In this document: piece after piece, positions 50,190 through 64,000 of the stretch
Numbering within the stretch: position 1 is the first letter of the stretch
Layout: each line of letters begins with the position of its first letter
Assembly: GCF_009914755.1 (NCBI RefSeq)
Contig: NC_060936.1
From: the human T2T-CHM13v2.0 reference genome, Homo sapiens
Reading direction: 5' to 3' (one strand)
DNA: 64,000 bases
Program-made: the position numbers and the translations under genes
The notes under the pieces: model-generated
What the model was told of the DNA's origin: nothing
Seen by the model: only the letters and a program-made list of their open reading frames with translations
The model's database searches: none

Positions 50190-52400
50190 CCTCCATCTCT
50201 GTGACCATGGCCATTTTACTCATCATCCCATGGGGAAAAAAAAACAGGGGTAGCAGGAGAAGAGGCTAGGTGATTACCCACAGAACGAATAATTTGATCC
50301 ACCTAATTTACAAGTTTTTTCTCTGCTGAGGTTGCTATTTAGTTAGTATTTACATGGGATACAAATATATTCACAACACTATATCCATTTTGAAGGATAT
50401 AATCACACACCTCTTAGTTATCAATTGTGTTTCTTACAAAAGTTCAGAATTTATAGTCAAGCAATTAGCCATTGATAATGAATTAGTATAGATCCATACT
50501 TTTGGTCATCTCTCCTTTCAGGCAAAATAATCAATGAGGCGCACAGCTCAAAGTTCTTTCCATTGGTAAGATTTCCTTTTATTGTATTTTTTCAGGACAA
50601 GCTCTGCAGCATTTGCATTCAGATATTACCAACAAATCACTCAAAAGCATCTTTAGACAATACCTGAATTTTTTATTGATGAGTTTATTAGTCAGTTGGT
50701 CATAGGAATCAATTCATAAAGCCAAGGGTGTGGGTTGAAACACAGATGGCAATGTAGCAGGGATAGGAGAAATGAGAATCTGAGCCACTTCCTTGTACAA
50801 TTTACTTTTGCCTTAAGAACTATCAAAAATGTGACCGATCCCAAATATACCACTGCCTCTGATGATGAAGTTCTGCTACCAACACCCAATCTTATGGCTT
50901 GGTAGGCCAGAAAACTCCCAGGCAGCTCAGACTTCATGGTAACTTGGTGGTTCATGGTAAAGTATTCAGTCTGTATTAGGTCTCTGTCTCTAAAATCTTT
51001 CTCAAAATAACATTAGCTACAGATGATAACACAATTTGTTCCAAAATTATAAAAGCTCACATCATGAATCACCCATAGGGACCTGCCAAAGCCTCTTTAC
51101 AGCATCTTTATCTGACAAGACACTTCAAGTGGCATTGGGTCACTTAGGGACAGGTGATCTAAATGGCAAAGAATCAGAGCAGACTGGACATAATCCATAG
51201 CCTTTATATTACCCTAGGATGTACTCAAAACTGGCAGCCCTGTTGTTATTCTGCAAATGTGTCACAATGCCACATTTACCTGAACCATGTCTTGCCTCCA
51301 AATTCCAAAAGGACATTATTCAACAACTTTGTCAGCACCGCAGGAGAAATATCTTGACACAGTATATACCATGACCTCTCAAAATTTCATTTAAATTTTG
51401 GTAGGTTTTTATTTTAAGCCCATTAACACACATGTGTCCTCTCAAGGATTTTATGGAAATTGATCCTTCCTGCTTATTGGTCCAAAGAACATGCCGGCAT
51501 AAAAGTACTGGATGAGTATGATGTCCTGTGGAATGGAAAAACACTCAAGTTCTTGCAGACTGGACAGTGGAGAGTTACTACAGAGCAAATGTGTACTTCA
51601 CATTGCTGTATATAATAATAATAGTGAAGGTGTACTTCTGACCCCACCAGCCAAAAGCAAAATGCTTCCAGTAGTCTTTACTAACATTATAGAGAAAAAC
51701 TCGATTGACAAACTGGCACCAGCATGCCAGGTCTAGGGAACCTATGATCTGAAATGACAACAGCAATTGGAGTCACTGTCTGATTAATTTTATAATAATT
51801 GCCTGTCAATATCCAGGACCTATCTGCCTTCATCACAATAAATAGCAAGTTAAATGTAGTGAGAATTACCAGTTTTGCATCTTTCAAGTCCTAATATTAG
51901 CACCAATTTTGTAATTCCTTCAGATATGTCATGTTGCTTTTGGTGTACTGTTTCTTATAACAAAGGAACTTCTATAACAAAGGAACTTCTAGTATCTACC
52001 ACTTAGTATTATCGTAATACCACTTAGTATTATCATAATTGCTCCATAAGTTGGGAGACTATGTGGAGATTCTACCAGTAGATGAAAGTCTGGCTATTTC
52101 CTCTTCCTTAATACACAGTCACCTGTGTAAGAAGCCATACTTTTTTCAGGGAAATCTGGGAAGAATATTTACAAAACAAATTTTTGGATGTGTAGTGAGT
52201 TCCTTCCTTAAAGAAACCTGATTCATTTATATTTGAGGAGCTCTGAGTCTGTGAATGGGTTCATGTCTGGAAATTGACTGAGAAGCCATGGCCCTCTGGT
52301 GTGGTGATTAATATTAGACTTCAATTCACCAGACCTAAAACTTCTGAAGTAATATTTTAATAGGCAGCCCATCTATTTCACTCCTAGAGACATAATGATC
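50190..52400 (-). mobile_element. Degraded ERVL internal pol (RT/RNaseH) remnant
   Basis: Minus-strand peptides KDAKLVILTTFN..KADRSWILTGNYYKINQTVTPIA, KHFAFGWWGQKYTFT and MNHQVTMKSELP resemble the HERV-L Pol motifs GSWRMTVDYRKLNQVVTPI, QFAFSWQGQQYTFT and GHQVTMRPELP. Confidence 0.82.
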
Positions 52401-52434
52401 ATTAGCCAATACCAGAGATCTCTATAGGGCAAAC

Positions 52435-52575
52435 CTTTTGTTTCTGCTGGTTTTTGTTACTAATTCTGTTTATGTGGTGAATCACATTTACTGATTTGCA
52501 TATGTTAAACCAACATTGCATCCCAGAAAGAAAGCCTACTCTATTGTGGTAAATTAGCTTTTTGATATTGTCTTT
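52435..52575 (-). mobile_element. Short L1 ORF2 fragment
   Basis: Translates to [34 protein letters not shown]. Confidence 0.85.
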
Positions 52576-52679
52576 CAATTCTTGGATTGTATTACTGTTT
52601 TCCTTAAATTGGGTTGATATAATAATTGATATAATAATTAATAACAACATGCTATTATCATAATTCTTATATTATCAAT

Positions 52680-52790
52680 AAGGGAACTGAGGCATAGAGC
52701 TTAAGTCATACAGCTAATATGTAGAAAAGCTAAGATTTGAACCCAGCTAATCTGGGTTGAGAGTTCATCCACTTGACCAGAACACAATAC
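52680..52790 (-). mobile_element. MIR fragment
   Basis: gaactgaggcatagag..ttaagtcatacagcta..gatttgaacccag. Confidence 0.7.
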
Positions 52791-53169
52791 TGCTTCCTAT
52801 TCTGACAGGCCTGGTGAAGAGACAGAACTCTTCTTAGAGTCAGAAGAGATTGTAAAATGTGAAGGAAGAAGTAGGCAGAGAGCATTTCTTGCAAGAGGAC
52901 AGAATCAAATAGATGTATTAGACCGTGCTTCAAAACTTTTAGCAAATCTATCTACCTGGGCAACAGGTTACCTGAGGCAGATATAAAAATTAGAAAAAAA
53001 AATCAATGACATTTACTGACTGATTAATAAGTGAAATGAGAGGAAAGTTAAGTCTTTCTCGCTAGTAGAGTTTAAGTTTCCATGACTGGAAGTATGCTGC
53101 ACTTGATACAAACAGGCAATTAACATAAAAAATCAGTATTGTACTTTTCAGTTATTTCTCCAAATTGGT

Positions 53170-54268
53170 CTTCCTACCTCCTTTCACACTCTTACTTCTT
53201 AAATTCAGCATTCAAACTCTTCCCAGAATAATTTTCCAAAAAAACAATATGAGCCCTTTACTTCATATGCCTCAAAAATTCAATGGCTGCCTATTGAGGA
53301 CAGAGTAAAGTCAAAGCTCCTCTATCTACTTGGCATCTGTGAGTATGTACTCTACTTTTCCTCCAGTTACCACCTAGTAGTAAATTTGTCCTAAGTATGG
53401 TGGAATTACTAACAAATGAACAGTGACACACACTACAGAACACTAGCCTATTATTTATTTTTCAAACTTTTCAGGAAATTGGGAAATAATTAAAACTTTT
53501 CCATGATAACTGAGCCAAATTTTTCCAGGACCAACTGCCAAGACTGGCTTCTTTGGTAGCTGACAGGCAGTCAGATAACTCAGTGGGGAAAATGTAAAAT
53601 TCATTCTTTCCTCACTGTCTTTGTATGTGCTTGTGGGGGTTTTTTCCCCCTTCTTTGCCCTTTTCTGTTTTATTGTAAATATTATAATTGCTTTTGTTCC
53701 AATGTATGCAAATAAATTTATATGCATATAACAAAATAGATTGGTTTGTTAATTGACATGCTAAATGAAATAGTCTTTCTCTTAAGACCATCTCATCCAC
53801 TGTGCAATAGACCCCACATCCACTCACAAAGACAATGCTCCCATAATTGACTCCTTTCCCCCCAGAATCATCTTTTGCCACTCTAACAGATTGTTCCTTT
53901 GCACACCATTACAAACATGCATATAGTTTATTTCATTCTAAAATTCCCTTTCTTATCTCCACCAACCACTTCATCTTCTACCCCATTCTGTTTGGATTTT
54001 TACAGTCATATTTCCATAAACACTTCTCTATATTCCCTGTCTCCAATTCATCTCCTTCTATTCTCACAAAAACCCACTCCAATCAAGCTTTTGTCCTCAC
54101 CAATCACCAAAACAGCTTTTATCATGGTCACCAGTGGTCATCACATCAAAGCAATGGCCAAAGTTTAGTCATCATCCTGTTTGATCTATCAGCTGCATTT
54201 GACTTGATAAATTACTCCTTCCTCCTGGACCACTTTCATGCCTAGTCTTTCAGGATACAACATTCTTT
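53170..54268 (+). mobile_element. L2 fragments
   Basis: ctcagtcatcatcctgtttgatctatcagctgcatttgac-type motif near 54165-54225 and aaagtcaaagctcct near 53310. Confidence 0.6.
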
Positions 54269-54269
54269 G

Positions 54270-55827
54270 AGCAGGGTCATGAGGTCTCCTTCCAGGCCCT
54301 GGCTCCTGGATGACATGTCTAGATACACCCTGGGCCAGAAGTGAAACTGCTGCCTTTAAAGGAAGCATCCAGTCATGGCAGGACCCATCACCTTCTGACT
54401 AAAGATCCCTTGGGCCCTGAATAACCAGTAGCAATACCCAGGTAGTACACCAGGGGCATCGAGTGAGACTCTGAGAGGTGCTGCCTTCAAGTGAGACTCA
54501 GTACATTCCCAGCTAAGGTGGCTATGATGAGAGACTCCTACTTGAGAAAAGTGGAGAAAAGAGTAAAAAGGACTTTGTCTTGTATCTTATGTACCAGCTT
54601 GGTCACAGGAGACTAGAGCAGCAAGCAGGCATTTGGAGTCCCTGATTCCAGAACTTGACTCTTGGATGGCATTTCTGGACCTGCCCTGGGCCAGAGGGGA
54701 GCCCACTGCCCTAAAAGATGAGTCCTAGGTCTGGTAGCATTCACCACAAGCTGACTGAAGAGCCCTTCAGCCTTAAGTGAACATTGGTGGCAGCCTGGTG
54801 GTACTCCTCATGGAACTGTGGTGGTGGTGTTTATGAGGTGAGGGTCCTCTGACTGTGGAAAGGGGAGGAAAAAGTGGGAAGGATTGTGTCTCATGGTTTA
54901 AATGCCAGCTTAGCTACAGCACAGTAGAACACCAGGTCAATGTCCAAGGATTTTGACTCCAGTCCCTGGCTCACAGATGCCCTCCTGGGGGATAGGGGAA
55001 CTTGACACCCTGAAGGGAAGAACACAAGCCTGTCTGGCTTTGCCACCTGCCAATTGTAAAGCCCTAGGGCCTTGGGAAGACATAGGAAGCAGCCAGGCAG
55101 TGGTTACAGCAGGCCTTGGGCAAGATCCAGTGTTATGGTGACTATAGGTCTGACCCAGCACAGTCCCAGTGGTGGTAGCCACAGAGTTGCTTGCATCACC
55201 ACACCCCCAGCTCCAGGTGGTTCCTCACAGAGAGACTCCATCTGATTGGGAGGAAGTAAGGGGAGAGAACAAGAGTCTCTGCCTGGAAATTCAGAGAATT
55301 CTTCTGGCTCTTACCAAGACCACCAAGGCAGTACATCTATGAGTCTTCAAGAACCCCAGTGTTATTGGGCTTGCTGTGCCCGCTAATCCAGATACAAAAC
55401 ACCAAGTTCTTTCAAGTACTCATAAAGACTTTTCAATAAGGAGAGGTACAAATAAGCCCTGACTGTGAAGACTAAAATAACTACCTAACTTTTCAAAGCC
55501 CAGACACTAACAAATATCCACAAGCATCAGCATCATCCAGGAAAACATGACCTCACCAAACAAACTAAATAAGGCACCAGGGACCAAACCTGGAGAAACA
55601 GAGATATGTGACCTTTCAGACAGAACTAAAAATTGCTGTTTTGAGAAAACTCAAAGAAATTTAAAATAACACAGAAATGGAATTCAGAATTCTATCAGAT
55701 AAATTTAACAAAGAGATTGAAATAATTTTTTAAAATTGACCACTCCTGCTTGCAGCACACAGAGAAGGCACACAGACCTGTGCCCACCAGCACATTGCCC
55801 CTGTGCCAACACTACCACCACTGTGAC
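54270..55827 (+). mobile_element. Old L1 (L1M1/L1PB-type) 5'UTR and ORF1 start
   Basis: Repeated ccctgggccaga..cactgcc..aaagg 5'UTR units, and catccaggaaaacatgacctcaccaaac...tgtgacctttcagacaga at the ORF1 start. Confidence 0.7.
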
Positions 55828-56178
55828 TGATATGGTTTGACTCTGTCCCCACCCAAATTTCATCTTAAATTGCATTCCCATAATTCCCATGTGTTGTGGG
55901 AGGGACCTGGTGGGAGATCATTTGAATCATGGGGGTGATTTCCCCCATACTGTTCTCATGATAGTGAATAAGTCTCAAGAGATCTGATGGTTTTATCAGG
56001 AGTTTCCGCTTTAGCATCTTCCTCATTTTTCTTGCCACCACCATGTAGGAAGTGCCTTTCTCCTCCAGCCATGATTCTGAGGCCTCCCAGCCATGTGGAG
56101 CTTTAAGTCCAATTAAACCTCTTTTTCTTCTCAGTCACAGATGTGTCTTTATCAGCAGTATAAAAATGAACTTATACA
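55828..56178 (+). mobile_element. THE1C-like 5' LTR
   Basis: tgatatggttt..ccccacccaaat...ccaattaaacctctttt..cttataca. Confidence 0.9.
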
Positions 56179-56869
56179 GTATATTGGTACCAGTAGAGGG
56201 AAGCATTGCTGAAAAGATACCTGAAAATATGGAAGCGACTTTGGAACTGGGTATCAGGCAGAGGTTGGAACAATTTGGGGGACTTAGAAGAAGACAGAAA
56301 AATGTGGGAAAGTTTGGAACCTCCTAGAGACTTATTGAATGTCTTTGACAAAGATGCTGATAGTGATATAAACAATAAGGTCCAGGCTGAGGTAGGTCCA
56401 TCTCTCAGATGGAGATAAGGAACTTGTTGGGAACTGGAGAAAAGATAATTCTTGTTATGTTTTAGCATAAGGTCAGAAGACAGAAAAATGTGGGAAAGTT
56501 TGGAACCTCCTAGAGACTTGTTGAATGGCTTTGACAAAGACGCTGATAGCAATATAAACAATAAGGTCCAGGCTGAGGTAGGTCCATCTCTCAGATGGAG
56601 ATAAGGAACTTGTTGAGAACTGGAGCAAAGATGATACTTGTTATGTTTTAGCAAAGAGACTGGTGGCATTTTGTCCCTGCCCTAGAGATTTGTGGAACTT
56701 TGAATTTGATAGGGATGATTTAGGGTATCTGGTGGAAGAAATGTCTAAGCAGCAAAGCATTCAAGAGATGACTTGGGTGCTGTTGAAAGCATTCTGTTTT
56801 AAAAGGGAAATGGACCATTAAAGTACAGAAAATTTGCAGCCTGATGATGCAGTAGAAAAGACAAACCCT
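56179..56869 (+). mobile_element. THE1 internal sequence, truncated by L1, with a 186-bp-period tandem duplication
   Basis: ttggtaccagtagag..gaaaagatacctgaaaat begins the internal sequence; duplicated units start at 56289 and 56475. Confidence 0.9.
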
Positions 56870-60880
<4,011 letters not shown>

Positions 60881-61084
60881 TTATATATATATATATATAT
60901 TTAATAAGAGCCTATGGCTGGTCTCTCATATAATGCTCAGCAGTGACTTTCCTGTAGCATGATTAGTTAACTACCACTCCAACATCCTGCTGGTTAACAG
61001 ATAAATAAAATAAAATTGTGGCTTATCTAACATTTTCACCTCACCCCACTGTTAACTTATGCTGACAGTCCCTTTCTCTGCTCT

Positions 61085-61110
61085 AATTTTTCTGTTATTT
61101 TTAAACACAG
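61085..61110 (+). promoter_or_regulatory. Splice acceptor of the OR pseudogene coding exon
   Basis: ctaatttttctgttatttttaaacacAG| lies 25 nt before the ATG at 61136. Confidence 0.6.
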
Positions 61111-61135
61111 ACCAAGCTATAGTCAGCAATCAGTG

Positions 61136-62014
61136 ATGAAATATTATACAACAATAAAAACACTTATCCTGGTGGGACTAACAGATGACACAAATCTACA
61201 GATTCTGCTTTTTATCTTCTTGTTTCTAACCTATTTGTTAAGTGTTGTTGGAAATTTGACCATCATGACGTTCACTTTTGTGGACTCCCACCTTAAAACA
61301 CCTATGTATTTTTTCCTCCGGAATTTTTCCATCTTGGAAGTCTCATTTACAACTGTGTGAATTCCCAGATTTCTCTACACAATGGCATCTGGGGAAAATA
61401 CTGTTACCTATAATGCATGTGCCACTCAATTGTTTTTTGTTGTTGTCCTGGGTGTGACTGAGTTTTTTCTCCTAACAGCTATGTCCTATGATCGTTATGT
61501 AGCCATCTGCAAACCCCTGCATTACACGACCATCATGAACAACAGAGTTTGCATCAAGTTCCTCACTGGCTGTCATATAATTCCTCTAATCATTGTCATC
61601 CCACCATTTGGCATGGGCTTTGAGCTTGAATTTTGTGACTCCAATGTCATAGATCACTTTGACTGTGATGCTGCCCCCATCCTGAAGATTACCTGCTCTA
61701 ACACAGAGTTTATAGAGCGATTTGTATTAGTCTTGGTGGTGTTGACACTCCTGTTTACCTTGGTGTGTGTGATTATGTCCTACACTTACATCATCAGGAC
61801 CATTCTCAGATTCCCTTCTGCCCAGCAAAGGAAAAAGGCTTTTTGCACTTGCTCTTCCCATATAATTGTGGTTTCTATCACTTATGGAAGCTGCATCTTT
61901 ATCTATGTTAAACCATCTGCAAAAGAAGAGGTAGCTATTAACAAGGTGGTGTCAGTGCTGATACAGGCTTTCAAAGACATGATCAAAAGGATTGCATCTA
62001 TCTCAAAAAACTAA
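61136..62014 (+). pseudogene. OR6C64P: OR6C-family pseudogene (TGA at codon 75; in-frame 60-bp TM7 deletion)
   Basis: OR motifs are in one frame, with TGA at 61358-61360 (FTTV*IPRF). VSVLI|QAF lacks PxLNPxIYTLRN, and the length is 879 = 939 - 60. The symbol is from recalled locus order and is less certain than the family call. Confidence 0.85.
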
Positions 62015-62853
62015 AGGACTGAGTGCAAATTGAAAAATTATAAAAGAATTCATTATCTCTATTTTATTTTTCCCTAATTCTATACTAGTCACAATTTTTG
62101 TATATTACAACCTCATTCTGCTACACCTACAGCCCACTATCTATATAACTATTAATTAACCTTTTTCATTTCAAGCTATTCCCAGAAATAAGCAGAAATA
62201 GACCTTCAGCAAACTTTTATAACATTATACCTATTATTACTCACATAAGCAAGAAATGTAGACAGCATCAACTTACTGCCATATTGGTGCTCATCTATTC
62301 CTCTTGCACTGACCTACATGTCCGGATTTGAGCCCCAAATTTTCCAGGGACATCAATGATCATCATCTATGTCTGCAGGAATGATCCTGTAAGCACCCCA
62401 CTTGATAACAGTCATTATTCGATCTCTTCCACTTTTCAGCAAGATATAAACATAGACTAAAATTTTCTTCAAATGTCATTTGCTTAAAAGCTGTACAACT
62501 TCTTTGTATAAAAACTGTAACTCTGTGTAAATAGAATTTCATATATCTGTCACTGTGTGTATACCTGGGTGAGCCTATGTGTATTTTTCACCCTTTCAGA
62601 ATGTCAGCTTAACAAGTTTGAAGAGGTTAATGGGAAGGACAAAATACATATGAAAATTTATACTTGAATTTTATTCTGTTATCCAAATCATTCACCATAA
62701 TGATTTTTCTAATCATTTTTTCTAAATATTTTATAATCTCTTGATTATATAAAATATTTGTCCATATGATTATTTCATTGATGTATCTCTCCTTCACTAG
62801 ACACTAAGCTCCATGAGGTCAAGTACTGTACTTGCCAATCATACTTCCAATAG

Positions 62854-63263
<410 letters not shown>

Positions 63264-64000
63264 TAGCCATCCCATGGTCTTACAAAGGCCATAGAGAAGA
63301 TCCTCCAGGCATTAGCCTATGAAAACAACCATTGGCCTCACTCACACAGCCTTCATGTTCACGAGCTCCACTGCTTCCACACAATGATTATAAATGGAAA
63401 TCTTTAGGACAGACAGAACCTGAGAACATTTTAGACCTAGGATCTAGCATCACATAATGAACCCACTGACTTGTGATTGCCAGGGAGGAAGGCACAGGTC
63501 ACATTCTTTGAGGAGCACCCACACAATCTTTTCTTAAAACTTTTACTCTATTCTCAATAGGATCAGTCTGAGAAATGAAATTTAGAAAGCCCTTAATTTA
63601 TTATCTCAAAACTTAACTTCCCAGACAAGATTCATCTTTCCAAATCTATCCAGGACTCTCCTCCACCTTGCCCAGACACACCAGTCTTAGTGGTAATGGC
63701 TTTCCTTTGGTCTTGTTAATACTCCTTAACTCTGTGGTATTAGTGATTCGCTATGCTAGGACACTGTTAGGTAAGATCTTATAAATGCAAACAATATGTG
63801 TGAGCACATAATTCAAGATTGTTAGAAAGGTAAGAAACTATATATTTAAAGTTCATAACACATATTAGTAGTTCAAATGGTGAAGCCATATGTAGAATAA
63901 AACAGGGAAAAGGGAAAGGTAGAAAGAAAAATATTTTTTCACTCTTTCCTTGAATATTCCAGTCTTATTATCAGGTGTCCTTTTCTATTAATGGCAGTCA

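Noticed and set aside
53455-54245. 89-132 aa ORFs
   Set aside because: They overlap L2-derived low-complexity sequence, several have non-ATG starts, and none has a recognisable domain.

Overview
Primate (almost certainly human) AT-rich, repeat-dense genomic DNA from an olfactory-receptor family-6C cluster. From memory the proteins match the chr12q13 OR6C cluster. It holds two intact single-exon OR ORFs in head-to-head orientation: OR6C70 (- strand, 7752-8690) and OR6C68 (+ strand, 30923-31861). A third OR is a pseudogene, probably OR6C64P (61136-62014; premature TGA plus an in-frame 60-bp loss of TM7). About 20 kb is primate-specific LINE-1: a window-truncated L1PA6-like copy, a full-length TSD-flanked L1PA2-like copy with open ORF1, a near-full-length antisense L1PA4-like copy, and a chimeric or internally deleted L1 with an in-frame ORF1-ORF2 junction. 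Other repeats are an SVA_D-like element, Alus, THE1/MST/MLT/MER50 LTRs, an ERVL pol remnant, and old L1M/L2/MIR pieces. I found no convincing new gene system. The most interesting signals are regulatory and structural: divergent candidate OR promoters with an SVA between them and a young L1 antisense promoter aimed at OR6C70; an intact OR6C68 ORF lacking three hallmark GPCR residues; and three retroelements without TSDs that probably mark deletions. Subfamily and gene names come from recalled diagnostic sequence, not from database searches.
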